Shown one piece after another: positions 43,091-52,754 of a stretch of DNA of 55,660 bases. The translations under genes were made by a program, and so were the position numbers. Numbering within the stretch: the first letter of the stretch is position 1; every line of letters begins with the position of its first letter. This stretch comes from Planctomycetota bacterium. GTDB taxonomy: Bacteria > Planctomycetota > B15-G4 > JADJEK01. Under the pieces are notes generated by a model. It saw nothing but the letters and a program-made list of their open reading frames with translations. It was not told the origin of the DNA and made no database searches. The DNA lies in the NCBI GenBank assembly GCA_043802345.1, contig JAZDLC010000258.1:1-55660 (forward strand), written 5' to 3'.

Positions 43091-43897
43091 TCACTTCTCT
43101 CCTTTCACCTGCCCGGCTCGTGGTTTCAGGATTCCCAGCATTCGCTCGGTAATGTCCGCCGCCAGTTCCGCGGGCATCCCCGCCAGGATCTTGCCGGCCT
43201 CCCTGGCCTTGATGAACGAGAGGATCAGGGCCGCCTTGTCCGGCTCCTTCTCCAGGAGCAGGGCCGCCGCCTTGTCGGACGTCATCTTCTCGATATCCGC
43301 CGCCAGGGCCTCGATGTTCGACCTCTCGATCTCGGTCATGGTCAGGGCACGGTCTGCCATCGCGCCCTTCTGTTCAGACAGGACCATCTGCTCACCCTTC
43401 AGCGACTTGTCCTTCTCCTCCAGATCCTCCTCCCGCCGGTTGAGCTCATCCCAGCGGTGATTCAGGTCTGCGCGAACCAGATCGAGGTCCTTTTCCTCTC
43501 TCGTCACCCGGGCCACCCGTTCCCGGAGTTCGGCCCTGGCCTGCTCCAGTTCCTCGAACAGCAGACGGACCTCCTCGGCCGAGAAGGGCGACGGGAGCGA
43601 GATGTCCGGCATCAGCCCGGACTGCGACGCTTCCCTCCGGGAGGGGTGCCCGCGCGAACCTGGCCCGGTCTCGGCCGGAACCTTCGGAGCCGGCTGGGAT
43701 GACGCCAGCAGCTCATGAAGTTCGTCCATGTTGGTCTCCGCGACCTCCATCCCGACCAGCGGACCCAAGTACGCCTTGTTCAGCTTCCCCTGAACTCCGA
43801 GCGTACCCACCAGCCCGGCGGAGAAGAGGCCGACCGCTCCGCCGGCCAGCATCACGAACCGGATAATCTGGTTTCCCTTGCCTGGACTGTCACTCAT
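43091..43897 (-). CDS. MgtE-N-domain flagellar protein (MotE/FlbB/YlxF-like)
   Basis: It has an N-terminal TM anchor, a central coiled coil, and a C-terminal MgtE_N-like segment (KMTSDKAAALLLEKEPDKAALILSFIKAREAGKILAGMPAELAADITERM). It sits after fliJ, as ylxF does in Bacillus-type fla operons. Confidence 0.65.
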   Translation of the reverse strand: MSDSPGKGNQIIRFVMLAGGAVGLFSAGLVGTLGVQGKLNKAYLGPLVGMEVAETNMDELHELLASSQPAPKVPAETGPGSRGHPSRREASQSGLMPDISLPSPFSAEEVRLLFEELEQARAELRERVARVTREEKDLDLVRADLNHRWDELNRREEDLEEKDKSLKGEQMVLSEQKGAMADRALTMTEIERSNIEALAADIEKMTSDKAAALLLEKEPDKAALILSFIKAREAGKILAGMPAELAADITERMLGILKPRAGQVKGEK

Positions 43898-44390
43898 CAG
43901 AATCCTCCATCATCCCGCCCTCACCGCTGGCCCGGACCCGAGCCGTGGTTTCGGCGAATCTGCGCAGCGCCACCTCGTCCGCGCTCTTCTGTTCCGCTCT
44001 CCGAAGTCCGACCGCCTCCGCTTCGGCGCGCCGTTCTTCCAGGCGCTCCAATGAAAGCGACTTCCTCCGGGCTTCCTGATACTCCTGCCGGGCCCGAATC
44101 CGCTGCTCCTGTTTCTTCTCAAACTGGAGCTTCAGCATCTCCCACTGCCGTTCGCAGAACCGCACCTGTCGGGCCACGGATCTCAGCGCCTCGACCGTGA
44201 CTCTCCCGGCGCCGACTTGCTGCCGGAAGCCGTCGTGGGCGCCGTTCATGACACCTTTGCCCCGCTCGCACCGATCCTCGGCTTCCTGCTCTTTCCGCAC
44301 GGCGATGCCGAACTCCTGGCGGCTGGCCGCCTCCTGGTAGCGCCTGATCTCCAGCAGGCGCACGAGCTTGCGCATGTTGCGGCCGCTCAT
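43890..44390 (-). CDS. fliJ: Flagellar export chaperone/stalk protein FliJ
   Basis: A 166-aa coiled-coil protein rich in R/E/Q. Its ATG overlaps the fliI stop (ATGA). Position and composition are typical of FliJ. Confidence 0.65.
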   Translation of the reverse strand: MSGRNMRKLVRLLEIRRYQEAASRQEFGIAVRKEQEAEDRCERGKGVMNGAHDGFRQQVGAGRVTVEALRSVARQVRFCERQWEMLKLQFEKKQEQRIRARQEYQEARRKSLSLERLEERRAEAEAVGLRRAEQKSADEVALRRFAETTARVRASGEGGMMEDSDE

Positions 44391-45718
44391 GACTTGTCTC
44401 CGACCGCCCGCTCCAGCGCCGACAGGGTCTCCTTGAACGAGCTGGGCTTCGAGAGGTCCTGCTTGAGAAACTGTTCCAGCCGGGCAATCTTGCGCACCGA
44501 CTCGTCCACCAGCGGATCCGCGCCTTCCTTGTACGCGCCCACGTCGATCAGGTCCTTGTGGTCACGATGCACTGCCAACAGCCTGCGAAACTTCTCCGCG
44601 GCCGATTTCTGGGCGTCGCCGATCAGGTTCGGCATGAGCCTGGACACGCTGCCCAGCACGTCCACGGAGGGGAAGTGGCCTCTCTCCGCCAGGGCGCGGG
44701 ACAGGACGATATGTCCGTCGAGAAGCGAGCGAATCGAGTCCGCCACGGGATCGTTCAGGTCGTCCCCTTCCACCAGCACGGTGTAGATTCCCGTAATGCT
44801 CCCGTCGCGATAGTTCCCCGGTCTCTCCACGAGACGGGGAAGCTCGCTGAACAGCGAGGGCGGGTACCCCTTGGATGTCGGCGGCTCGCCCAGGGCCAGG
44901 CCGACCTGCCGGGCGGCCGCGCCGAAACGGGTGAGCGAGTCCATCACCAGCAGCACGTCGTGACCGGCGTCCTTGAACGACTCCGCGATGGAGGTCGCCA
45001 CGAATGGAGCCTTCAATCGCTGGAGTGGCGGCGCGTCCGAGGGCGCGGCGACGACCACCGACCGCTTGAGGCCGTCCGGACCCAACGACTCCCGGACGAA
45101 GTCGTAGACCTCTCGCCCGCGCTCGCCAATGAGGCCGATGACCGTGACGTCCGCCTGGGAGCGGGACGCCAGCGCGCCGAGGATGGTGCTCTTGCCGACG
45201 CCCGCGCCGGCGAAGATGCCGATCCGCTGCCCCTTGCCGAGGGTCAGCAACCCGTCGAGCGCCCTGATTCCAGTCTCGCACACATCGACGATCGGCATCC
45301 GCTCCGCCGGTGGGGGCGCCGCCCGGTGCACGGCAACCCTGCGGCAATCGACGAGCGCCGGCCCCCCATCCTGAGGCCGCCCGATTCCATCGAGCACCCG
45401 TCCGAGCAGCGCCTCTCCCGCCGGCGCGGACATCCGCCGCGAGAGCGCGCGCACCCTCGCGCCCGGACCCACCCCCTGGAGATCCGAGAGCGGCATCAGC
45501 ACCGTGGTGCCGTCCTTGAATCCGATCGCCTCGGCCTGGATCGTCTCCCCCGACTGATTCTCGATCGCGCAGAGTTCTCCCAGGGTGATCGAGAGCCCTC
45601 TGCACTCGGCCGTGATCCCGATGATCTGAGTGACCGCCCCCTCGGCCGCATAGGCCGGGAACTTTTCCACGAGGTCGATGTACCCGCTCAGGTCGATCCT
45701 GGAGGTCTCAGCAGTCAT
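44387..45718 (-). CDS. fliI: Flagellum-specific ATP synthase FliI
   Basis: It has Walker A GIFAGAGVGKST, Walker B VLLVMDSLTR and F1/T3SS-ATPase-like flanks (IGERGREV, SITGIYTVLVEGDD). The start is taken at the internal ATG 45718 (MTAETSRIDL). Confidence 0.9.
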   Translation of the reverse strand: MTAETSRIDLSGYIDLVEKFPAYAAEGAVTQIIGITAECRGLSITLGELCAIENQSGETIQAEAIGFKDGTTVLMPLSDLQGVGPGARVRALSRRMSAPAGEALLGRVLDGIGRPQDGGPALVDCRRVAVHRAAPPPAERMPIVDVCETGIRALDGLLTLGKGQRIGIFAGAGVGKSTILGALASRSQADVTVIGLIGERGREVYDFVRESLGPDGLKRSVVVAAPSDAPPLQRLKAPFVATSIAESFKDAGHDVLLVMDSLTRFGAAARQVGLALGEPPTSKGYPPSLFSELPRLVERPGNYRDGSITGIYTVLVEGDDLNDPVADSIRSLLDGHIVLSRALAERGHFPSVDVLGSVSRLMPNLIGDAQKSAAEKFRRLLAVHRDHKDLIDVGAYKEGADPLVDESVRKIARLEQFLKQDLSKPSSFKETLSALERAVGDKS

Positions 45719-46427
45719 TCTGACCTCCTCCCAGAAGCGCGCTGGTGATCCGCTGCAGCTCCCGTTCCAGGTCAATGTTGACCTGCCGCATGTCGCAGTG
45801 AATCTCGCAGGCGAACGGCTTCAGCGCCCGGTCGACCTCGATCCGAATCCGCGCCCCCTGGTCTTGTCGTTCCGCGAGGACCTCTCTCACCACCGCTTCG
45901 TGGTCCGATCCGATGCGAACCACGAGGCGCTTCTTCTCCAGCACACCGCAGGAGACCTTTGCCAGTCCGTCCCGGATCAAACTCGCGAGGTCGACGCCGT
46001 TCTCTTCGGAGGCCTTTCCAACCACCTTCCGGGTCGCCGCCAGCGCGAGGCGCACCAACTGCGGCTCGAGACCTCGGACCTCCTCGGCGAACCGCCGCTC
46101 CAGGTTCGTCGCCTCGCTCTCGATCCGCTTCATCAGCTCCTCGAAGCGCCCGACCGCGACAGCCCAATCAGGCGCGGGCGTATCGATCCTCGCGCCCTCA
46201 GGGAAGGAGGTGGCCGCCGGAGTCTCCGAGAACCCCGGAGGAACCGTGTCGTCCGCGTCCCTGGCCGATCGATCCTCCATCGGGTGGCCGGCGGCTTCTC
46301 GCTGCTCGAACTGCTGATGCTCCGCTCCGCCGGGGTTGCGTCGCCGCACCGGCAGAGGACGGTTCGGCAGGCGAATGGCCGCCGGAGGCTGGATGAATCG
46401 AATGCGCAGGTCAGGTGACAAGCTCAT
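45708..46427 (-). CDS. fliH: Flagellar assembly protein FliH
   Basis: 239 aa located between fliG and fliI, with a FliH/T3SS stator-like C-terminal region (LVRLALAATRKVVGK ... RIGSDHEAVVREVL ... IEVDRALKPFACEIHCD). Confidence 0.7.
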   Translation of the reverse strand: MSLSPDLRIRFIQPPAAIRLPNRPLPVRRRNPGGAEHQQFEQREAAGHPMEDRSARDADDTVPPGFSETPAATSFPEGARIDTPAPDWAVAVGRFEELMKRIESEATNLERRFAEEVRGLEPQLVRLALAATRKVVGKASEENGVDLASLIRDGLAKVSCGVLEKKRLVVRIGSDHEAVVREVLAERQDQGARIRIEVDRALKPFACEIHCDMRQVNIDLERELQRITSALLGGGQNDC

Positions 46428-47418
46428 CCTCCCCGCCCGAGGCGTACTGGATCTCGCCCCTCTGAATCAGATCCCGGGCCACGCCGGCCATCTCCTGCTG
46501 GGCCTGCCTGACCTCCGACAGTCGCACAGCGCCCATGGTCTCCCGCTCCTCGCTGACCCGATCCTGGGTACGCTTCGAGACATTCCCGAGCAGGAAAATG
46601 GTCGCCTCCGGGCTCGCGCCCTTGAGAGCGGTCGCCAGGATCTTGGTGTCGATTCCACCGAGAACCCGCTGGACCTCGCGCGGGCCGAGCTTCACCAGGT
46701 CGTCGAAGGTGAATAGTTGCTCGCGCACTCGCTGGGCCTTCTCCGGATCGTTCAGTTCGAGGTTCATCAGCAGGTTCTGCTGCGCCTCCTCGTCGAATCG
46801 ATTGAGGATCGTCGCCACGGTCTTGAGCCTCTCGTTCTCGGGAGACGGCTCCCCTACCGACTCCAGCATCTTCGATTTCTCCGCGGCCGCGTCGAGCAAC
46901 TCCGTGACCAACTCCTTCGGCGGCCGCCGCATGGTGACCATCCGCTCGATCACGTCCTGCTGCAGCTCCTCCGGCATTTTCGGCAGCACCGTCGCCGCAA
47001 CGCTCGAGTTGATCTCGAGCAAGATCGTGGCCACGGCCTGGGGATGCTCATCGTTCAGGACGAACGCCAGGGATTGCCCGTCCAGCCGCTCCAGCACCGC
47101 CTTGGCGTGCTCGCCGCGGTCCTGCGATCCGACCTGATCGGCGATCGTCTCCCCCTCGGCCCCCAGCGCTTCGTTCAGCAGGGCGCAGACGTCAGTCGAT
47201 CCGAGCAGTGCACCGTCTGATTTCAGCATGTCGGTGTGGAACTGCCGCAGCAGCCCCTCCTGCTCAGCATGGGGCACGAAGACGTCCGTCATGGAGGCCA
47301 GCGCCTGGATCACCACCTGGCGGAACATCTCCGGAAGGGCCTTCAGAAGACCCGCGGCGGTGCTGCGGTCCAGCGTGAGCAGCAGCGTGGCAACCTTCTC
47401 TGGTCCGCTGTGGCCCAT
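46411..47418 (-). CDS. fliG: Flagellar motor switch protein FliG
   Basis: 335 aa with typical FliG N, middle and C domains (EKVATLLLTLD, EHPQAVATILLEINSSVAATVL, FTFDDLVKLGPREVQRVL, MGAVRLSEVRQAQQEM). Confidence 0.9.
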   Translation of the reverse strand: MGHSGPEKVATLLLTLDRSTAAGLLKALPEMFRQVVIQALASMTDVFVPHAEQEGLLRQFHTDMLKSDGALLGSTDVCALLNEALGAEGETIADQVGSQDRGEHAKAVLERLDGQSLAFVLNDEHPQAVATILLEINSSVAATVLPKMPEELQQDVIERMVTMRRPPKELVTELLDAAAEKSKMLESVGEPSPENERLKTVATILNRFDEEAQQNLLMNLELNDPEKAQRVREQLFTFDDLVKLGPREVQRVLGGIDTKILATALKGASPEATIFLLGNVSKRTQDRVSEERETMGAVRLSEVRQAQQEMAGVARDLIQRGEIQYASGGEDELVT

Positions 47419-48959
47419 CAGTTCACCTCTCCGCCACTGATCCAGGTCCGGAGCACCCGACTCGCCGCACGCGGATCAGAGGCCACGCTCTGCCGCACGA
47501 GATCCTCGAGACCCGGCACGAGGGCCGGCTCTTCTTTCACTTGCGGTTCGTGCTCATGCTCCGAGCCCGGCGACGCGGCAGTCCTGTGATGCTCGACGTG
47601 ATCCACGCTCTTTTCGGCCACGGCCGGCCGCTTCCGATCCACGGCCCTGAGCACCTTCATCAACAGGAAGAGCGCCCCGAGAATGCCGACAATCTGCACT
47701 CCCCTCTCGAGCAGCATCGGCAGCATCGACGCGCCGCCGTCCTCGTCCAGGGGCAGTTCTCCGCCGCCCACTTCGAACTCGTGCACCATCGAGCTCAGCG
47801 TGTCGGAACGGCTCTCATCGAACATGACCGCGGCCTTCACCAGATCCTCGATTTCCTGCAGGCGATCTTCGTGGTCAGTGTGCACGACCAGGCTGACCGA
47901 AAGCCGCTTCACCCTGGGGGTGTTGATGTCCTCGCTCCGCACCGACTTGCCGAACGCGTACTTGCTCGTGATCTTCTCATCGGTCTCCGAAAGCAAGCCG
48001 CCGCCCGACGGGAGGCTGAGCCCGTCCTGGATCTTCGCTCCGGTTCCGACCTCCCCGCCTATGCCGCTGGTGGCCGGTTCCGAGTTGCGGTTCTCCACGG
48101 TCTCCTCAACCACTGTTCCCTTCGGGTCAACTGTCTCGGTGGTCTGTTTGATCTGCTGGAACTCAACCTCGGCCGCCACCCTCACATCGGCCTTGATGTG
48201 CATCCGGTCCAGTTGATCCTGCGCCTGCTTCCGTCTATTCTCTCCCTCCTGCAGCTGGAGCTTCTGCAGCTTGTCGCCATATGCAGCCACCGAGCCGTCG
48301 CTCCCCTCGTCGCTCAGCAGGCGCATCTTGGAGTCCATCACCTTCACGTCGCTGCTGTCCAACCCCTCCACCGCCCCGGAGATCAGATGGGCGATCGCCA
48401 GCACGTTCTCCTCGGAGAGACTGCGCCCGCTCCGGACCTTCACGATGACCGACGCCTTCGGCTTCTGGTCGTTGCTCAGGAAGGCGGAGCGCTTCGGTCG
48501 CGTGATATTGACTGTCGCCTTCTCTACGGCGTCGAAGCTCTGGATATCGCGCGCCAGAGCCCCCTGCAGCGCCCGGCGGAAGGTGACGTTCTGGACGAAG
48601 TCGGACACTCCGAACGTGGATTTGTCGAACAGCTCCCAACCAGATCCCGATCCCTGCGGCAGGCCTCCGGCCGAGACCAGCATGCGCATCTCGGAGATCT
48701 TCTGCCTGGGAACGAAGATATCCCGCCCGCCGCCGCGAACCTCCGCGGGCACTCCGGCGCCTCGCACCTCCTCGACCACCTGGGACGCGTCGCTGGGATC
48801 GAGATTGCCGAACAGAAGGGCGTAGTCGGGGCGCGTCGAGAGGTAGATCGACCCGCCGATGCCCAGCAGCACTACCAGGGCACTGAGCACGCCCAGGGCC
48901 CGCTGCGCGGGAGTGCCGCCGGTCCAGATCTCCACTAGCTGGGCAAACAGTTGTTTCAC
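47418..48959 (-). CDS. fliF: Flagellar M-ring protein FliF
   Basis: 513 aa with an N-terminal TM helix, YscJ/FliF ring-building motifs (LFGNLDPSDASQVVEEVRGAGVPAEV, ALQGALARDIQSFDAVEKATVNITRP) and a C-terminal TM helix. GTG start. The stop shares 1 nt with the fliG ATG (TGATG). Confidence 0.9.
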   Translation of the reverse strand: MKQLFAQLVEIWTGGTPAQRALGVLSALVVLLGIGGSIYLSTRPDYALLFGNLDPSDASQVVEEVRGAGVPAEVRGGGRDIFVPRQKISEMRMLVSAGGLPQGSGSGWELFDKSTFGVSDFVQNVTFRRALQGALARDIQSFDAVEKATVNITRPKRSAFLSNDQKPKASVIVKVRSGRSLSEENVLAIAHLISGAVEGLDSSDVKVMDSKMRLLSDEGSDGSVAAYGDKLQKLQLQEGENRRKQAQDQLDRMHIKADVRVAAEVEFQQIKQTTETVDPKGTVVEETVENRNSEPATSGIGGEVGTGAKIQDGLSLPSGGGLLSETDEKITSKYAFGKSVRSEDINTPRVKRLSVSLVVHTDHEDRLQEIEDLVKAAVMFDESRSDTLSSMVHEFEVGGGELPLDEDGGASMLPMLLERGVQIVGILGALFLLMKVLRAVDRKRPAVAEKSVDHVEHHRTAASPGSEHEHEPQVKEEPALVPGLEDLVRQSVASDPRAASRVLRTWISGGEVN

Positions 48960-48996
48960 GAGGTCTTTCCGAGATTCTCGAATTCAGGACGTTCTG

Positions 48997-49308
48997 CTAG
49001 ACCGGCATCCTCTGGATCTCCTGGTATGCGTCGACCAGGCGGTTGCGGACTTCCACCAGCATGCGGAAGGAAAGGTCGGCCTCCGTCATCGCCAGCATCA
49101 CCGAGTGGATGTCAGTCGGCTCTCCTCGGGCCATCTGATTCACCAGCTCATCCGACTTGACACTGGTCTGGTTGGCCTCGTTCACCAGTTCCTTGAAGAT
49201 CGCCTTGAACCCCCCGGACCCACCAGATCCCCCGGAGTCCTGGGCGGGCAACTTCAGGCCGATCTGCTCCGACCCGGTCAGCGCATGGCCGATTCCCTGC
49301 ACACTCAT
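48997..49308 (-). CDS. fliE: Flagellar hook-basal body complex protein FliE
   Basis: 103 aa whose C-terminus (DIHSVMLAMTEADLSFRMLVEVRNRLVDAYQEIQRMPV) is a textbook FliE tail. Confidence 0.85.
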   Translation of the reverse strand: MSVQGIGHALTGSEQIGLKLPAQDSGGSGGSGGFKAIFKELVNEANQTSVKSDELVNQMARGEPTDIHSVMLAMTEADLSFRMLVEVRNRLVDAYQEIQRMPV

Positions 49309-49311
49309 CGT

Positions 49312-49737
49312 CTATCTCCCAATCTGCAGCGCCGACTCGAACATCGACTTGAAGGACTTGGCCGTCTTCACGTTCGCCTCGTAGGCACGCATCGATTCCA
49401 TGAGATCGACCATCTCGAAGATCATGTCGACGTTCGGCATGGCCACATAGCCGTCCTTATCCGCCAGCGGGTGGCCGGGATCCTGCACCATGCGGAAGTC
49501 GCTCATGTCGGAAACCACATCGGAGACTTCCACTTCCGGAAGTCGATCGGTCTGCCCCCCGATGCGCTTCATGATCGACCGGAAGAGAACCTCCTGCCGG
49601 CGATACGGGCCGCCCTGCTCGGTCCTGAGCGTGTGCGCATTCGCGATGTTGGCGGCGACGACCTCCATCCTTCTCTGTTCGGCGTTCATGCCGGAGCCGG
49701 CGATGTCAAGGGCGCGAAAAGCGTTCATGCTGGTCAT
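49312..49737 (-). CDS. flgC: Flagellar basal-body rod protein FlgC
   Basis: 141 aa with the rod-protein N-terminal motif (ALDIAGSGMNAEQRRMEVVAANIANAHT) and a C-terminus (ESMRAYEANVKTAKSFKSMFESALQI). Confidence 0.9.
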   Translation of the reverse strand: MTSMNAFRALDIAGSGMNAEQRRMEVVAANIANAHTLRTEQGGPYRRQEVLFRSIMKRIGGQTDRLPEVEVSDVVSDMSDFRMVQDPGHPLADKDGYVAMPNVDMIFEMVDLMESMRAYEANVKTAKSFKSMFESALQIGR

Positions 49738-49747
49738 GATTCAGGTC

Positions 49748-50089
49748 CTAACTGCGGTTGCTCATGGCCAGGCGCATCATCTGCGCCCGGTGCGTAATTG
49801 CCCGAGTCAGCGTCTGGTACGTCAGCTCGACGCGCAGCAGGGCGCCGACCTCGGTTTCGGCGACGACGTTGTTGCCGTCCGCGTTCCCCTGGCTCCGATC
49901 AAGGGTGACTCTCGGCTCGAACCGACTCCCTTCGGCCGCCCGCTCCAGCTGATCCTCGAACGACACGTCACGCCGCTTGAAGCCTGGCGTGGACGCGTTG
50001 GCAAGATTCGAGGCAACCACCTTGTGACGCAGGCTGAGGCCGTCCAGCGTTTTCACGACGGTCGACACTTCTCCCAGAAGGCTGCTCAT
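49748..50089 (-). CDS. flgB: Flagellar basal-body rod protein FlgB
   Basis: The internal ATG at 50089 gives a 113-aa protein with LSLRHKVVASNLANASTPGFKRRDVSFE and the tail YQTLTRAITHRAQMMRLAM. This ATG overlaps the regulator stop (ATGA). The longer ORF extension to 50443 lies inside the regulator gene. Confidence 0.85.
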   Translation of the reverse strand: MSSLLGEVSTVVKTLDGLSLRHKVVASNLANASTPGFKRRDVSFEDQLERAAEGSRFEPRVTLDRSQGNADGNNVVAETEVGALLRVELTYQTLTRAITHRAQMMRLAMSNRS

Positions 50090-51507
50090 GATGAACTCTC
50101 CGCTCTCTGCGGTTCTTGACTGCGGCGCCGTGGCGCGCCGACGTGGATTCCCTGCTTCCTGTAGCGGGCGATCTTGTTCGTCAGGGTTCTGGCGGTCACT
50201 CCCAGGATCTCGGCCGCGTCCTTGCGGCTGTTGCCAGTGCTCTCCAGGGTGCGCAGGATCAGCGCCCGTTCCACGTTCTCGAGGGAGTAGCCGACGTGAC
50301 GGGAGACATCGGGGCCGTCCTTGGCTTCGGTGACGCCGAGCGTGATGTGCTCCGGATGCAAGATCCGGCCGGGATCGAGCACGACCGCACGTTCGATGCT
50401 GTTCTCGAGCTCCCTCACGTTGCCCGGCCAGTGATACGTGCACAGAATCTGGATCGCGCGATCGGAGATCGATTCGACCTGGAATCCGTTCTCCCTGGCG
50501 TATCGCTTCACGAAATGATCCGCCAGCTCGGGAATGTCCTCCCGCCGATCCCGGAGCGGAGGAACTCTCAGATTCACCACCTGAAGCCGGTAGAACAGGT
50601 CCTCGCGGAAGCTCCCCGACCCGATCCGCTCCTCCAGGTCCTGGTTGGTCGCGGCCACCGTGCGCACGTCCGAAACCAGCGTCTTCGTGCCGCCCACGCG
50701 CTCGAATTCACGTTCCTCGAGCACTCTCAGCAGCTTCGCCTGCAGGGCTGGACTGGTCTCGGCGATCTCATCCAGGAAGATCGTTCCGGTGTCGGCCAGC
50801 TCGAAGCGCCCCTGCCTGCGGCCGACAGCCCCGGTAAACGCGCCCCGCTCATGCCCGAAGAGTTCGCTCTCGAGCAGCGACTCCGCCAGCGCGGCGCAGT
50901 TGACCCTGACAAAGGGGCGCTCATGCCGGGGGCTCTCCTGATGGATCAGCCGGGCGAACAACTCCTTGCCGGTGCCACTTTCACCAGTGATCAGGACCGT
51001 TGCCCGCGACCGGGCCACGCGGATCGTCGTGTCGACGAGCGACCGCAGCGCCTGACTCCGCCCGATCAGCGGGACATGACTCCGCGGCACGGCGCATGTC
51101 ATTCTGGCCTTTTCTTCCGCCGGCCGCTCCGCATCGAGGTGCTGCGAGACCCTCTCCAGAAGATCCTCGACCTTCTCGGGTGAGAGCGGCTTGGTGAGGA
51201 AGTCCAACGCGCCGCTCTTCAGTGCCTCCACCGCCGTATCCACTGATCCGTAGGCGGTCATCACTACGACCGGCAGCTCCCTGCCCGAGTTCCTGATCCT
51301 GCGGAGCAGCGTCAGGCCGTCATCCCCCGGCATGCGCAGGTCGGTCAGCACCATGTCCGCGCCCCGGTCCACCAGGAGGCGAAACGCCTCCGCTGCGTTC
51401 TCCGCGCACACGGCCTCGACGCCCTTCATCTCGAGGAACTCCGAGATGAACTCCCTTGCCAACCGGTCGTCGTCGGCGATCAGAACTCTTCGTATCGCTC
51501 CGGTCAT
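50086..51507 (-). CDS. Sigma-54-dependent two-component response regulator (NtrC/FlrC/FleR family)
   Basis: It has a receiver domain (RVLIADDD ... VLTDLRMPGDDG), an AAA+ domain (GESGTGKE, GAFTGA sigma-54 contact motif, LFLDEI, ESELFGHE) and a Fis-type HTH (SRKDAAEILGVTARTLTNKI). The ATG at 51507 overlaps the kinase stop. Confidence 0.9.
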   Translation of the reverse strand: MTGAIRRVLIADDDRLAREFISEFLEMKGVEAVCAENAAEAFRLLVDRGADMVLTDLRMPGDDGLTLLRRIRNSGRELPVVVMTAYGSVDTAVEALKSGALDFLTKPLSPEKVEDLLERVSQHLDAERPAEEKARMTCAVPRSHVPLIGRSQALRSLVDTTIRVARSRATVLITGESGTGKELFARLIHQESPRHERPFVRVNCAALAESLLESELFGHERGAFTGAVGRRQGRFELADTGTIFLDEIAETSPALQAKLLRVLEEREFERVGGTKTLVSDVRTVAATNQDLEERIGSGSFREDLFYRLQVVNLRVPPLRDRREDIPELADHFVKRYARENGFQVESISDRAIQILCTYHWPGNVRELENSIERAVVLDPGRILHPEHITLGVTEAKDGPDVSRHVGYSLENVERALILRTLESTGNSRKDAAEILGVTARTLTNKIARYRKQGIHVGAPRRRSQEPQRAESSS

Positions 51508-52754
51508 TGGGCACACGCTTCCTGGGGAACTTCCATTGCAGGCAGGGCCAATACGAACGATGCGCCCGAACCGATTCCCGGACGCAGCATCACCTTGCCT
51601 CCATGCAGCTCGGCGATGCGCTGGACCAGGGCCAGGCCCAGCCCGGCTCCCTCTGTTCTGGTGGTGAAGAACGCCTCGAAGAGCCGCTCCCTGGCCTCAT
51701 CCGGAACACCCGGTCCGGAATCGCGTACCACGAATTCGACGGTCTTCTTGACCTGCTCCGCCCGCAGCTCGAGGCGCCCCTTTCCTTCCAGGGACTCCAG
51801 CGCGTTCTGCATGAGATTCGACAGAGCCTGCTGCAGGCGGGTGCGGTCGGCCAGGACCACCAACCCTCCCGGATTCACCTCCAGGGAGACATGGACCCCG
51901 CGGGTCCGGTTCGGGTCAGCCTGCGCCACCAGTTCGAAGGTGTCGCACAGGAAGGCCTCCGCATCGATCCGCTCGCGCCTGAGCGGATTCGGTCTCGCCA
52001 GGAACAGGACGCTGTCGATGATCGCGTCTGCCCGCTCGACACCCTCGACGATCTTCCTGGTCCAGCGCAGCTGCTTGCCGCACCCATCCTCCTCCTTCAG
52101 GAATCGTTCGAGCATGCCGGCAAACCCCCGGATTCCCGAGAGCGGGTTCCTGATCTCGTGAGCGATGATGGCCGCAACCCGTCCCAACTCCGCCAGGCCG
52201 TCGAGGCGTTCCACCTCGAGCTGCAGTGCCTTGATCTCGGATCGATCGCTGAGCACCTCCACCAGCCCCAGCTGGCAGCCGTTGGTGTCGCTGACCGGAA
52301 CCACACGGCCATCCACGAAGCGAGCACCCTTCGCCGTCTGGATGGTCCGCTCCTCCACGTCCCCCGGGCCCTCCTGAACCCGCAGCAGCGGCTGCCCGCC
52401 CGCGTCCTGGAAGCGCGCGGCGTTTTCGCCCAGCAGCCGCTCGCCCTTGACATCCAGGATCTCCTCGGCCGCGGGGTTCATCATCAGCACGGTTCCGTCC
52501 GGACCGGCGACCACCACGCCGCACGGTATCGCGCGTAGAACGGCAGCCAGCGAGCCGGACAGGTTCTCCAACTCCACCACCTGGGCCTTTAGCTGCTGAT
52601 TCGCCTCGGCCAGTTCCTGGTCCAGCCTCGTCGCACTGAGCTGCAGGCTCTGGTACGCGGTCTGGAGCTGCTCGGCCACCTCCGCGAAGGCGCTGAAGGC
52701 TTCACCCAGTTGCGCGGCCTCGCTTGCCCGGACTTCCTTGCACTCTTCAATCAT
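51504..52754 (-). CDS. Cytoplasmic PAS sensor histidine kinase (FlrB/FleS-like)
   Basis: I see no TM helix. It has an N-terminal coiled coil, a PAS-like region (IPCGVVVAGPDGTVLMMNPAAEEIL), a HisKA H-box (AAIIAHEIRNPLSGIRG), and HATPase N and G boxes (NLMQNALES, DSGPGV, GAGLGLALV). Confidence 0.85.
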   Translation of the reverse strand: MIEECKEVRASEAAQLGEAFSAFAEVAEQLQTAYQSLQLSATRLDQELAEANQQLKAQVVELENLSGSLAAVLRAIPCGVVVAGPDGTVLMMNPAAEEILDVKGERLLGENAARFQDAGGQPLLRVQEGPGDVEERTIQTAKGARFVDGRVVPVSDTNGCQLGLVEVLSDRSEIKALQLEVERLDGLAELGRVAAIIAHEIRNPLSGIRGFAGMLERFLKEEDGCGKQLRWTRKIVEGVERADAIIDSVLFLARPNPLRRERIDAEAFLCDTFELVAQADPNRTRGVHVSLEVNPGGLVVLADRTRLQQALSNLMQNALESLEGKGRLELRAEQVKKTVEFVVRDSGPGVPDEARERLFEAFFTTRTEGAGLGLALVQRIAELHGGKVMLRPGIGSGASFVLALPAMEVPQEACAQ

